Positions 41,611 to 52,677 are shown, counted from the first letter of the whole stretch. The stretch is 62,809 nt of DNA, filler included, from Clostridia bacterium (GCA_030637025.1; 7 parts of 7 records of this genome joined end to end with filler, not necessarily neighbours in it); one strand, 5' to 3'. The notes: a model not told the origin generated them from the letters alone. Numbers and translations: made by a program.

Positions 41611-43092
41611 ATGATGCTTAAAGATGAGGAATTGCTGAGAAAAATAATTACTTTAATCAGAGAAAAAAAGATTAATGCCGAACATGCTGTTAATGATGTT
41701 TTTGAAACATTTATAAATTTATATAATAAGAAACAACTGCATTTTAAAGAATTGGCCCAGGATTTTTTAAATTTAAAAGAACGGATATTAAGTTCTTTTA
41801 GTGGCCTTTCCGGTCATTTTGAATGTCCGGTAGGAGAAAGGCATCGCATAATTGTAGCCGCACAAAAGTTAACTCCCTATATGGTTCTTAATATTCCCCG
41901 GGAGAATGTTTTAGCTTTTATCACTAAAGAGGGAGGGTATACTACACATGCTATGATTTTGGCTCGTTCTCTGGGTATACCGGTTATATTTGATATAAAT
42001 ATAAGAGAGAATTTTCAGTGTATGGATAGAGTAATTGTGGATGGGTTTTCCGGTAAAGTAATAGTGTCTCCTGATAAACGCACGGAAAAATATTATTCCC
42101 AAAAGATAGAAAAACTTAAAATCAGGGGGGAGTTTTGTGCCATAAAGAGTAAGATAGTTTCCAAAACCGCGAGTAACCTTAGAATCAAATTAAAATTGAA
42201 TATAAGTACACCCGGGGAATTAGAAATGATTAAAGATTTTAATTATGATGGAATAGGACTGTTAAGAACAGAATTTCTTTTTCTGGAGCGGAATCATCCT
42301 CCTTCCCAGGAAGAACAATTCAATATGTATAAATTAATTCTGCAAAAATCCGCAAATAAACCGGTAGTGGTAAGATTATTGGATATAGGGTCGGATAAAT
42401 TACCGTTATTTATTAATCTCCCTCAACAGATAAATCCTGATCTGGAAATAAAAGGAGCCAGGGCAGTAGAGAGTTTTTATGATTTGTATCTCACCCAGGT
42501 TAAAGCAATATTAAGAGCGGCAAAAGGGGGGGATTTAAAAATCCTTTATCCTATGATTGCTGATGAAAGTGATATTATAGTTTTTAAAAAACTGATTTCT
42601 CAGGCAAAAAAGGAATTAAGCAGGGAAAAGAGAGCCTTTAGTAAAAAAATAACAGATGGGATAATGATTGAAATCCCTTCAGCGGCTTTAAGAGCAGATG
42701 TTCTTTTGCCTATGGTGGATTTTGCCAATATTGGTTCCAATGATCTGCTTCAGTATACTCTGGCTGCTTTCAGGGGTAATGCTCTGGTAGAAAAAAGGTA
42801 TCATATTTTGCATCCGTCATTAGTTAAATTGTTTGAAATTATCATCAAGGCGGGTAAAAAAGAAAAGAAAGAAATTTGTCTATGTGGGGAAATCAGTTCC
42901 TTTGAAGAATTTTATCCGTTATTTTTGAAGTTGGGATTAAGAAGCTTTAGTGTGTCCGCAGCGAAGTTTCCACATATAAAATGTGAGATCTTGCATCTCA
43001 ATACCTCCAAAAAAACAGACCTGTTACAAAAGGTTTATTCCAGTAAATCAAAATTCGAGTTAGATCGATTATTCCATAAAAACTTTTCCTAA
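41611..43092 (+). CDS. ptsI: PEP--protein phosphotransferase (PTS enzyme I-like), 5'-truncated by the contig end
   Basis: GGYTTHAMILARSLGIP phospho-His motif, GIGLLRTEFLF, GSNDLLQY, LCGE. Confidence 0.88.
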   Translation: MMLKDEELLRKIITLIREKKINAEHAVNDVFETFINLYNKKQLHFKELAQDFLNLKERILSSFSGLSGHFECPVGERHRIIVAAQKLTPYMVLNIPRENVLAFITKEGGYTTHAMILARSLGIPVIFDINIRENFQCMDRVIVDGFSGKVIVSPDKRTEKYYSQKIEKLKIRGEFCAIKSKIVSKTASNLRIKLKLNISTPGELEMIKDFNYDGIGLLRTEFLFLERNHPPSQEEQFNMYKLILQKSANKPVVVRLLDIGSDKLPLFINLPQQINPDLEIKGARAVESFYDLYLTQVKAILRAAKGGDLKILYPMIADESDIIVFKKLISQAKKELSREKRAFSKKITDGIMIEIPSAALRADVLLPMVDFANIGSNDLLQYTLAAFRGNALVEKRYHILHPSLVKLFEIIIKAGKKEKKEICLCGEISSFEEFYPLFLKLGLRSFSVSAAKFPHIKCEILHLNTSKKTDLLQKVYSSKSKFELDRLFHKNFS

Positions 43093-43123
43093 AAAATAAA
43101 TAATATTTATCTTTAGAACATAT

Positions 43124-43152
43124 TTGACAAAAAATTATTTAAGTGCTACATT
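43124..43152 (+). promoter_or_regulatory. Sigma70 promoter of propeller paralog 2
   Basis: TTGACA-17 nt-TACATT with extended TG. Confidence 0.65.
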
Positions 43153-43225
43153 TTTATCAAAGAAAGATTTTAATCACAAATTTCAAGAAAATGTCTTTCC
43201 TGAGAGGTGGAACAAGGATAATTTA

Positions 43226-44950
43226 ATGAAAAGAAAATATTTAAATTTTTGTAGAATGAGATTATTTTTTTTAGTTTATGTTGGGTTTATGTTTATTTTT
43301 AATGTTAAAGTTTGGGCGGGAACATTGATTCCTATTTCTTCTGCAGTTTATGATGGGGGTTTTAATGATTATGCGAGTGGAGTGACGAGAGACGGGAATA
43401 ATAATATTATCGTTACCGGACGAAGTCACAATGGACTAAATGATGATTATTTTACCATAAAATATGATAGCAATTTAGTGGTTATTACTTCGGCAACCTA
43501 TAATGGTGGGAGTGATTATCGCGCACAGGGAGTGTCTATAGATAGTAATAACAATATTATTGTTGCTGGGTTTAGGTACAACGGAGTAAATAGTGATTAT
43601 TTTACCATAAAATATGATAGTAATTTAGCGGTTATTTCTTCGGCAATCTATGATGGAGGGAGTAATGATTACGCATCTGGAATGTCGATAGATGGCAGCA
43701 ATAACATTGTTGTTGCTGGTCATAGTAATAACGCAAATGATGATTATTTTATCATAAAATATGATAGCGATTTAGTGGTTATTTGTTCGGCAACCTATGA
43801 TGGTGGAAATGATGAGTCTGTTCATGGAGTGTCGATAGATGCTACTAATAACATTGTTGTTACTGGGCATAGTAACAACGGAGCAAATGATGATTATTTT
43901 ACCATAAAATATGACAGCAATTTAGTGGTTATTTCTTCGGTAGCCTTTGATGGCGGGAATGATGATTATGCGCACGAAGTGGTTATAACTGCCAATAATA
44001 ATATTATTGTTACTGGGTATAGTAACAACGGAGCAAATGATGATTATTTTACCATAAAATATGATAGCGATTTAGTGGTTATTTCTTCGGCAACCTATGA
44101 TGGTGGGAGTACTGATGCTGCACAGGGAGTGTCGATAGATGGCACTAATAACATTGTTGTTACTGGACAGAGTAACAACGGAGCAAATAATGATTATTTT
44201 ACCATAAAATATAATAGTAATTTAGTGGTTATTTCTTCGGTAACCTATGATGGTGGGGATGTGGATTCTGCGTATGAACTGTTGGTAGATGGGAATAATA
44301 ATATTATTGTTAGTGGATCTAGTTTTAATGGAACAGATGATGATTATTTTACCATAAAATATCTTGGCCCGCCTCAAATACTTTCTCTTTCGCCTTCTTT
44401 TGCTTCTTCCGGAGAAACATTAGATATTGTTGTTAGCGGTTTAAATTTTTATAACGGGGCTGATATTGTATTTAGTGAAACAGGAATAACCATAAATTCT
44501 ATTGATTTTATTAGTGCTACTCAATTGCGAGTCAATGTTACCCTTAATGATAATGTTTTTTCCGGAACCAGGGATATTACAGTAACTAATATTGATGAAG
44601 TAAATGGAATGTTAGCAGGAGGATTTGAAATCAGAGAAAACATTGGTTATCAGGAGGAAGAAGAATCTTATTTCGTTAAGCTAAGTCCTAAGATAATTAC
44701 TCCTAATGGGGATGGAATAAATGATGTAGCTAATTTTATTTTTACCAATCCGAATAATGAAATAGTAGAGGGAATAATATTTGATTTATCGGGCAGTGTG
44801 GTAAGGGATAACTTACCATTAAGTAGTACTACATCTTTAACCTGGGATGGCCGGGATAATAGCGGGTGTGTTGTAAGCGGAAAAGTATATATTTATCAGA
44901 TTAAAGTAGGTAGTAAAGTATTTAACGGGACGGTAGTTGTGGCGAAATAG
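43226..44950 (+). CDS. Secreted 7-repeat beta-propeller + Ig/IPT-like + CHU_C-type CTD protein, paralog 2
   Basis: Same architecture as 11191-12893; start MKRKYLNF; ends FNGTVVVAK. Confidence 0.9.
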   Translation: MKRKYLNFCRMRLFFLVYVGFMFIFNVKVWAGTLIPISSAVYDGGFNDYASGVTRDGNNNIIVTGRSHNGLNDDYFTIKYDSNLVVITSATYNGGSDYRAQGVSIDSNNNIIVAGFRYNGVNSDYFTIKYDSNLAVISSAIYDGGSNDYASGMSIDGSNNIVVAGHSNNANDDYFIIKYDSDLVVICSATYDGGNDESVHGVSIDATNNIVVTGHSNNGANDDYFTIKYDSNLVVISSVAFDGGNDDYAHEVVITANNNIIVTGYSNNGANDDYFTIKYDSDLVVISSATYDGGSTDAAQGVSIDGTNNIVVTGQSNNGANNDYFTIKYNSNLVVISSVTYDGGDVDSAYELLVDGNNNIIVSGSSFNGTDDDYFTIKYLGPPQILSLSPSFASSGETLDIVVSGLNFYNGADIVFSETGITINSIDFISATQLRVNVTLNDNVFSGTRDITVTNIDEVNGMLAGGFEIRENIGYQEEEESYFVKLSPKIITPNGDGINDVANFIFTNPNNEIVEGIIFDLSGSVVRDNLPLSSTTSLTWDGRDNSGCVVSGKVYIYQIKVGSKVFNGTVVVAK

Positions 44951-45217
44951 ATAAAAGGCAGGCAGAAAGGCATCAAGGCACAGAGGCACAAAGTAAAAGA
45001 GAAAAGATAAAGAAATTTAGAGTTGAATTTTGAAGTTTGTCTGCCCGCCAGTCTGTAGGGTGGAAAGTTTGAATTTGGGAGTTTTCTTATTTGTGTTTAT
45101 GACAATGTATGAAGCGAACGAAGTTAGTATATGACTATTTGTGACAGAGTATTTATGAGTAAGGAGAATTATTACAGATGACAATAAAATATTTAACATT
45201 AGGGAACTTTTTTACTA

Positions 45218-45245
45218 TTGACTTTAAATTAGTTTGTGTTAATTT
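45218..45245 (+). promoter_or_regulatory. Sigma70-type promoter of the TPR gene
   Basis: TTGACT-16 nt-TAATTT with TG. Confidence 0.5.
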
Positions 45246-45262
45246 ATTTATAAAGAGAAAAA

Positions 45263-47170
45263 TTGTTTTTTTATAGGAGAGAAAAAGTGTCTTCTAAAAA
45301 AACTAGTTTTTACGAATATTTTATTATAATGATGATAATTCTTGCCGTGTCCAGGTTTGTTCATAATAGGGCAGATTTAAAAAAGGATTTATATTCCGGC
45401 CGGCAAACGGATCAATCTGAAAAAACAGTTAAGATTGATGCCGGTAGTGGCGGGACTTATTATGATATGGGGGTTATTTATGGAAAAAGTGATTTATATG
45501 AGCAGGCGATAGAAGATTTTCAAGAGATAAAAAAACTTAAAGCAGTGCTCAAAACTAATCCTGATGATGTGGATGCTCATTATAATCTCGGGAGAATTTA
45601 TACTAAGCGGAGCTTACAGGATAAGGCGATAAAAGAATATAAAGAAGTACTTAGAATACAGCCGGAACATATAAAAGCTAATTTAGGCCTTAAATTGGTG
45701 CCCAGTCGGAAAGATTCATCTAAAAAAGAAAAGAAGGTAATAATCGTAGATAAAAAGGGGACAAAGAAGAAAAAGAATAAAAAATATATTATAACTCTGG
45801 TGTTAGTTTTTGTAGGGATTACTTTTTTTATCTTAAAAAAATTTTTACATAAAAAAACAATAGAAGAATATAAAAAAATAATTAAACTTCATCCCCGGAA
45901 TGCAACAGCTCATTGTGGCCTGGGTAAAATTTATATGGATAAAGATTGGGATGATCAAGCGATGGAAGAATTTAAAAAAGCAATTAAAATAAATCCTGAT
46001 TGTGGTGATGCCCATGCTTGTCTTGGAGTTCTTTATTGCCAGAAGGGTTTATTCAAAAAGGTAATAAAAGAGTGTAAGGAATCACTCAGGATTGATCCGG
46101 ACTATAATATAAATGCCCATTTTGGTCTGGGAAGGGCTTATACGGAAGAAGAACTTTATAGTCAGGCAATAAAAGAATTTAAAGAAGTACTCAAAATTAA
46201 TTCTAATGAAGCAGAAGCACATTATGGCCTTGGGCGAGCTTATATGATGGAAGAGCGTAATAATCAAGCGATGAAGGAATTTAAAGAGGCAATTAAAATT
46301 GAGCCGGATCATGTGCTGGCACATACAGGCCTGGGGGCAGTTTATAAAATTAAAGGTTGGGATGATCAGGCAATAAATGAATTTAAGCAGGCAATCAACA
46401 TAGAGACGGATAATATAGATTTACATATTAGTTTGGGAAAGCTTTATATAGATAAGGGGTGGGATGCTCAGGCGATAGAGGAGTTCAAGGAGGTAATTAA
46501 AATTGAACCGAATAATGCAGATTTACATATTGACCTGGGAAATTTTTATAAAGATAAAGGTTGGGATGACCAGGCAATAAACGAATTCAAGGAAGCAACT
46601 AAAATTGATTCCGATGATGTGAGGACTCGTTTAATTCTGGGAGATTTTTATGCGGAGAAAGGGTTGCCTAAAGAGGCGATGGAAGAATATAAAGAAGTAC
46701 GCAGGATACAACCTCTTTATTTGGGGGAACATTATTTTCTCGGATTAGCTTATGATAGACAGGGCTTATTTGATCAAGCAATAAAAGAATTTAAGCAAGC
46801 AGCAATAATGGAGCCGGGAGTAATAGATATAAATCTTCATCTTGGATTGGTTTATATGAAAAAAGGGTCTGATAAAGAGGCAATAAAAGAATTTAGCAAA
46901 GCGATCAAAATGGACTCTGACTGTGTGGGGGCCTATTTTAATCTTGGGTTTATTTATGTTAAGCAGTCTTTATATAATAAAGCGGTAAAAGAATTTAAAA
47001 AAGCAATTGAGATAGAGCCGGAAGTGGAACAGTTTCATTATGGTCTGGGGATGTCCTATCTTTATTTAGGTAAACGGTGGGAAGCACTTGAGGAATATAA
47101 AATATTGAAGGAATTAAACCAGGAAGCAGCGGATGCTTTTTTGAAAGAAATGCATATTATGACCAAATAA
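45263..47170 (+). CDS. Membrane-anchored TPR protein with two TM segments
   Basis: N-terminal TM, 2 TPRs, second TM (IITLVLVFVGITFFIL), then about 12 TPRs; the start may be GTG 45287. Confidence 0.88.
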   Translation: MFFYRREKVSSKKTSFYEYFIIMMIILAVSRFVHNRADLKKDLYSGRQTDQSEKTVKIDAGSGGTYYDMGVIYGKSDLYEQAIEDFQEIKKLKAVLKTNPDDVDAHYNLGRIYTKRSLQDKAIKEYKEVLRIQPEHIKANLGLKLVPSRKDSSKKEKKVIIVDKKGTKKKKNKKYIITLVLVFVGITFFILKKFLHKKTIEEYKKIIKLHPRNATAHCGLGKIYMDKDWDDQAMEEFKKAIKINPDCGDAHACLGVLYCQKGLFKKVIKECKESLRIDPDYNINAHFGLGRAYTEEELYSQAIKEFKEVLKINSNEAEAHYGLGRAYMMEERNNQAMKEFKEAIKIEPDHVLAHTGLGAVYKIKGWDDQAINEFKQAINIETDNIDLHISLGKLYIDKGWDAQAIEEFKEVIKIEPNNADLHIDLGNFYKDKGWDDQAINEFKEATKIDSDDVRTRLILGDFYAEKGLPKEAMEEYKEVRRIQPLYLGEHYFLGLAYDRQGLFDQAIKEFKQAAIMEPGVIDINLHLGLVYMKKGSDKEAIKEFSKAIKMDSDCVGAYFNLGFIYVKQSLYNKAVKEFKKAIEIEPEVEQFHYGLGMSYLYLGKRWEALEEYKILKELNQEAADAFLKEMHIMTK

Positions 47171-47402
47171 TTTTTTATTATCCGGAAAAAAACTTTTCTT
47201 TAGTTTCTCCCTTCTTTTTTCCCGCAGAATAATTTTTGATATAACCGGTAAATTTTTTTATTGCAAAAATCAGATTTAATTTGGTATGCTAAAAGAGAGT
47301 AGAGATAAGGGCATTAAATTAAAGTGTTAAAGAGTTTTGCGAAAGAACACATTGTGCTTGTTCGCTAGTATGTAAGGCGGGTCATTCCGCTATTTTTATG
47401 TT

Positions 47403-47466
47403 GTAGTCGCAGGCTTTAGGTTGCGTTGTCATCGAATAAATTACGCAGGCTAAAGCCTGCGACTAT
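47403..47466. repeat. Inverted GTAG-REP doublet (REPIN-like)
   Basis: GTAGTCGCAGGCTTTAGGTTGCG...CGCAGGCTAAAGCCTGCGACTAT. Confidence 0.8.
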
Positions 47467-47517
47467 CAAAAAACAAAACATTTTTGGCATTACTAAATAA
47501 ATAAAAAGGAGAAAAAG

Positions 47518-50221
47518 ATGAAAAGTATCTGGAAATATGGTGTTTGGGGTTTGTTTTTAATATTGTTGCTTAACGGGGCAGGTTTTACTGCCGGGAATAT
47601 AAAAGAAGCAGATCTATTATTTGATGAGGGAATATTCCAGGAGGCCTTGAAGAGATATGAATTAATATTTAAAGAAACTCAAAATGTTGAAATTCGCTGG
47701 AAAGCATTTTTTAGAACTTGTGAATCTTTAACTCACCTTTTCCGTTATGGAGCAGCAGCCCAAAAACTAATTTCTATTCCCCTGCCCAAACAAACAGATA
47801 ACCGGGTGCGCCTTTTAATCCTTAGAGCAGAGCTGTTCAGGGATTTTTTAAAGCAGTATTATTCTATTCAAAGAGGAGATATAATTGACGAAGAAAAAAG
47901 TGATGTTTTTCGTCTTACCCCGGAGGAAATAAAGGAAGAAATCAAAAAAGCATATAGACAGCTCTGGAAATTGCGTAAAGAGTTGGTAAAATTAGATATA
48001 AAAAAAGAAGGATATTTCCTGGAGATAAAAGATATTGACCTGGGAATGTATCCCACTCTATTTGATTATTTGATTTTGAGCTGGACTGATTACTTGTTGA
48101 GAGTGGAGGGACCCGGTTATTTGGGAGGAACCCGGGAAAGCATAAGGCCGGAAGCAAAATTATTGTTGGTGGATAAATTTAAGAGAAAGATAAAATTTAA
48201 TGATTCGCCGGCGTTATTAGCGGCAGAACTTATGGAGTCAGCCGGTATTTTTGCTCCTGTTGGCCGCCTGGAAGCAAGTGAACACTGGAAGATAAAACGC
48301 ATTTTATTACCATTAACTTATAATAATTTATTTGATTTAAAAAACTTAGCTAAGGATAAAAAATTATATGATTATAAGGATCTAAAAATATACAGAAAAC
48401 AGGCCAAGAAAATATTGCTTAAATGGATGGATAATTTCAAAACTAAAGAAGCTAAAGCAGAGGCCGGTTATCAGGCAGCCAAAATATTAAATAATGGTGC
48501 TCAATATTTACCGGCAGTAAAATTGTGCGAAAGAATAGAGGAAGAAGTTCCTCATACTTATGCCAGTAGTAAGGCAAAGTCTTTACGGGCAAGGATTCAG
48601 ATGCCCACCCTTAATTTGCAGGTAAAAACAGTAATGCCTCCGGCAAAGGAAGTTTTTACTGTTACCACCAGAAACCTGGAAAAAGTATATTTTCGGGTTT
48701 ATAAAATAGACCCTTACGGGCTTAAAAATGAAGAAAGTTTTTTTCGTAAAAACTTTAATGGATGGTCTAATTTACTTAATTATCCGAACCGGAAGTGGCT
48801 TAAAGAACATTTTTTGCCGGAAGTTAGTCCTTATAAAGAATGGAAGATAGCAGGAAACAAAAAAGAAGATTTTAATAGCTTTAATCAGGTAGTGGATTCT
48901 CCGGCATTAACCGCTGGAATATATCTGGTTTTAGCCTGCGGAGATAAATCATTTAAAGCGGGTAGTTCTTTATTGCGGGCTTGTTTTTTTAATGTTACGG
49001 ATTTGGTTTTAATCGGTACGGCAGGATTTAGTACCAAGGCAGAGGATGCTTATTATCGGTATATGGATGATTACGGACGGAAGGAGATAACGGATGAGGG
49101 TTTTCGTTTTTATGCCTTAGACGCAAAAACAGGAAAACCGGCAGGTACTGCGCATCTGGATCTTTATACTTACTCATCCTTCCAATCGGAGAGAAGGACT
49201 TTTAAATTAACCACAGACAAAACAGGAAGGGCTGCTTTATCCTTGCCGGTAAGAGTAGCACCTAATAATTATAATTATTACAATGTTGATCCATTAGCGA
49301 AAAGGGGTAAATCCTTTTCTTTTTGGAGGAACAATCAGTATCTTAATTATCATTCACCCAAGGCTCTGGTACTTTTTGTAGAGACTGATCGTCCTATTTA
49401 TCGTCCCGGGGATAAAGTTAAGGCCAAAGTAATTGTAGTAAGGAGAAAGTCAAACGGGTTTAAAACTTTAGATAAAACAGCAGAGGTAACTTTTTCTGCG
49501 TCCGATCCTAATGGGAAGAAATTTTTTACAAAAAAAGTTAATCTGAAAGAATTTGGCAGTGCTAGTGTTAGTTTTAAAATACCCACCGGCCGCCTATTGG
49601 GTAGATATAACATTAATGTCTATGGTGGCGATGGCCGTTTTAGTAATGATACAACTATTGGGTTTTCCGTAGAAGAATATAAGAGGCCGGAGTTTGAAAT
49701 TACACTTAAAGAAGCCAAAGAAGCCTGGAAGTATAATCAGCCGGTAAAGATTCTTGGACAGTCGACATATTATTTTGGCGGTCCGGTACCTAATGCTCCC
49801 ATTAAATACCGCATTAAACGGCAGGTCTATATACCCTGGTATTATCGTTATTGGTTTAGAGGGAATTATTCATCCCATGCCCAGGAGATAGTCACCGGTG
49901 AATTAAAGACCGATGAGCAGGGAAATTTTATAATTGATTTTATTCCTACAGCACCGCCTCAGACAAAATATGGAGGATGTCTTCCGGATATATCCCGATT
50001 TTTAGTGGAAGTAGAAGGCCGTGATTCCGGAGGCCGTACTATTTCTACTCAACAATCTTATCAAGCCGGCAAGAACGCTATTTATTTGGTGCTTGAGCCT
50101 AAGAAGGGATTTTATTTAAGCAAAGAAAGCGTATTTATTCAATCCCGGTGCCTGACTATTAATGATGCTCCGGTGGCAGGAAAAGGGAATTATAAAGTTT
50201 TTCGTTTGCAGGAAGTACCGG
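47518..50221 (+). CDS. Bacterial alpha-2-macroglobulin family protein, 3'-truncated by the contig end
   Basis: Signal peptide; MG2 motifs ETDRPIYRPGD, F.VEEYKRPEF, YYFGGPV. Confidence 0.88.
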
Positions 50222-50321
50222 NNNNNNNNNNNNNNNNNNNNNNNNNNNNNNNNNNNNNNNNNNNNTTAATTAATTAANNNNNNNNNNNNNNNNNNNNNNN
50301 NNNNNNNNNNNNNNNNNNNNN
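50222..50321. other. Artificial contig linker
   Basis: N44-TTAATTAATTAA-N44. Confidence 0.99.
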
Positions 50322-50322
50322 G

Positions 50323-50535
50323 GGCCGGCCGGTAAAAGAAGGGTTATACCATTATAAATTCAGGGTATTATATAAAGACGATAAAGAGTGGGTAGAAAAA
50401 GGTAAAGTAAATGTACGCTTTAGTGTGCCGGTACGAGGGGAAGTAGAGATGGAGATGAGAGGCAGAGAAGGAACGGTAGAAACAGAAATAGAAACAGAAG
50501 AAGAAATAGAGGAAAACAGTCAGGATATTAAATAG
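50323..50535 (+). CDS. 3' end of a gene, FlgD/Ig-like end with an acidic tail
   Basis: Manual translation GRPVKEGLYHYKFRVLY...ETEEEIEENSQDIK*, open from the contig start. Confidence 0.6.
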   Translation, partial: GRPVKEGLYHYKFRVLYKDDKEWVEKGKVNVRFSVPVRGEVEMEMRGREGTVETEIETEEEIEENSQDIK

Positions 50536-50539
50536 GATA

Positions 50540-50826
50540 ATGAACCTTTTGGCAGCAATAAGCTATGGGGTATCAATCAATGTCACTCCTCTGAAAGAAG
50601 GAGACTATTCCTGTAGATTTCTGCTTTCCAGACTGTGTCACAATTGCTTTTTTCTGTCATCTTCGGGCTTGACCCGGAGATCCAGTAAAATATTATCGTC
50701 GGAAAATGGATTCCCGATAAAAGATTTCGGGAATGACAAAGCCAAAAACGGCAATTATAACACAGTCTGTTCGCAGGAATGACGCGGTACCAGGAATGAT
50801 GCAGCAAGCTGCGGGGAATTAGACCC
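50540..50826. mobile_element. Nested non-autonomous elements: IS200/IS605-like end hairpins > palindromic repeat > MITE
   Basis: Outer GCAGCAAGCTGCGGGGAATT-type motifs; GTCA...GGAATGAC palindrome at 50582-50783, interrupted by the MITE. Confidence 0.6.
50629..50769. mobile_element. 141-bp MITE with 19-bp TIRs and a TTC target duplication
   Basis: CAGACTGTGTCACAATTGC / GCAATTATAACACAGTCTG (17/19); TTC at 50626-50628 and 50770-50772. Confidence 0.8.
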
Positions 50827-50924
50827 GAAAAGATATTGAATAAGGTGTTGAATACAACAAAAATAAAAAAAAACTATTTTGCGGAAATATTATTACTCGT
50901 ATAAAAATAGAGGAGATATATAAA

Positions 50925-52577
50925 ATGAATCTTTTTAAAAGATTAAAGGCCGGAATTTTTTTAATTATTTTTTTTATGTTTTTATCTGTGGGGTTTAGTT
51001 TTGCAGCGAGAAATAAAGATAGAACAGAAGCTATAATTCAGTATAATTTAGCTTCTTTTACTTACCGGGGAGGGAATATAGATTTAGCTATCAGTGAATA
51101 CCGGGAATTTGTGCATGCTTTTCCCGAAGATATCAAAGCCGGCCAGGCTCAATTTATGATTGGAGAATGTTTTTTTCAGCAAGAGAAGTATCCTTTAGCA
51201 GCCAGAGAATTTAAAAAAACCATAGATAAATATTCCCGGGATAAAAATACATGTTTAAACGCCAGGTATCGTTTAGGGGAATGTAATTTTAATATGGGGA
51301 AACATTTAACTGCTCTGGATTACTTTAATAAAGTAGCCCGCGGGAAAAATAAAAGTCTTAGAGCAGAAGCAATTTACGGCCGTGCCCTTTGCTATTTAGC
51401 AATGGAGGAAAATTATAAAAGTAAGGATGATCTATTAGAGTTGATTCAGTTTTATCCTGGATATCGAAAGGAAGCTAAGATTATAATTCCGATTAGTCTT
51501 ATTTTATTACAAGACAATCAGGTAAAGGCGGCTATGGATTATTTGAGGGAAAACGAAGAAGATGTCGCTTGTATTTATTATAACGGCATCGTTCATCAAA
51601 AAGCAAAAGAAACAATGAATGCCCTGGGTTTTTTTAAAAAAGTAGTAGAAAAAGCACCTGATAGTAAGTGGGCGGAAAAAGCTGTTTATAGTAGTGGGGA
51701 ATGTCTTTATCAAATCAGACAATATGCTTTAGCTTATAAATCTTTTGAAAAAACATTTAAAGATTTTGTGGATAGCGATTTAAGGGTACATGCTTTATTT
51801 TATATGGCCTGTTGTAAATTGCAAATGGAATCATTTAACGAAGCAAGCCTAAAGTTTACCAGACTTATTGAGGGGTTTCCCGATGATTCATTAGTTCCGA
51901 TAAGTAAATATTTTTTAGGAGAATTAGCTTTACAAAAAAGAGATTTTGCTGCGGCATTAACTAATTATTCTCAGGTATTAAAAGAACCGGAAATTTGCAT
52001 GGATGCTGCGTTTAAAATAATATGGTGTTATATGTTGGAAGGACAATACGGAGAAGTAATTACCCGGTCGGAAAATTACTTACGGGAATATCAGTGGGGT
52101 AAATTAGTTGCTAAGGTAAAATTAGTTAAAGGTATTGCTTATCAGAAAACGGATAAATTCCTGGAAGCTAATCAGACTTATCAGGAAGTAATTGATTATT
52201 TTCCGGAAACAATATTTTCAGAAATGGCGACTTATCTTTTAGCTACTTCTTATTATCAAAGTAAGGAATATGCGCAGATAGTCACTCATGTTTATCAGAT
52301 TTTAAAAAATTCTCCCACCAGCCCGAGTAAATGGCAGGCAGAGGCATATTTTTGGGTAGCCGAAGCCTATTTTGAGCTTAAACAGTATAATCGTGCCGGT
52401 GTGGTTTACGATTTAGTAGTTAAAAATTATCCTTATCATCAACTTGTTCCCGAAGCACAGCATGCTATTGCCGCTTGTTATGCTAAAGAAGGTAAATATG
52501 AAGAGGCAAAAAGAGCTCAGCAGAAAGCAGGAGAACTTGCTGCCGAATTGAAAAAGAGGGATGTAAGTGCCCGGGCC
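50925..52577 (+). CDS. Secreted TPR protein (BamD/CpoB-like repeats), 3'-truncated
   Basis: Signal peptide; repeated ..FP.....AQF.IGECFF-type TPRs. Confidence 0.85.
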
Positions 52578-52677
52578 NNNNNNNNNNNNNNNNNNNNNNN
52601 NNNNNNNNNNNNNNNNNNNNNTTAATTAATTAANNNNNNNNNNNNNNNNNNNNNNNNNNNNNNNNNNNNNNNNNNNN
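52578..52677. other. Artificial contig linker
   Basis: N44-TTAATTAATTAA-N44. Confidence 0.99.

Noticed and set aside
43326-44370. Regular 150-bp repeats with variable segments as a CRISPR array or DGR target
   Set aside because: They are in-frame coding repeats. No cas genes, reverse transcriptase or template repeat are in the window, and variable codons include TGG, CAG and CGA, which does not fit simple AAY-derived mutagenesis. A remote DGR cannot be fully excluded.
14737-49613. Many short opposite-strand or alternative-frame ORFs in the track overlapping well-supported genes
   Set aside because: They have no motifs or RBS and are the expected shadow ORFs.
50540-50807. ORFs 50540-50782 and 50583-50807
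   Set aside because: They lie entirely within nested palindromic elements.
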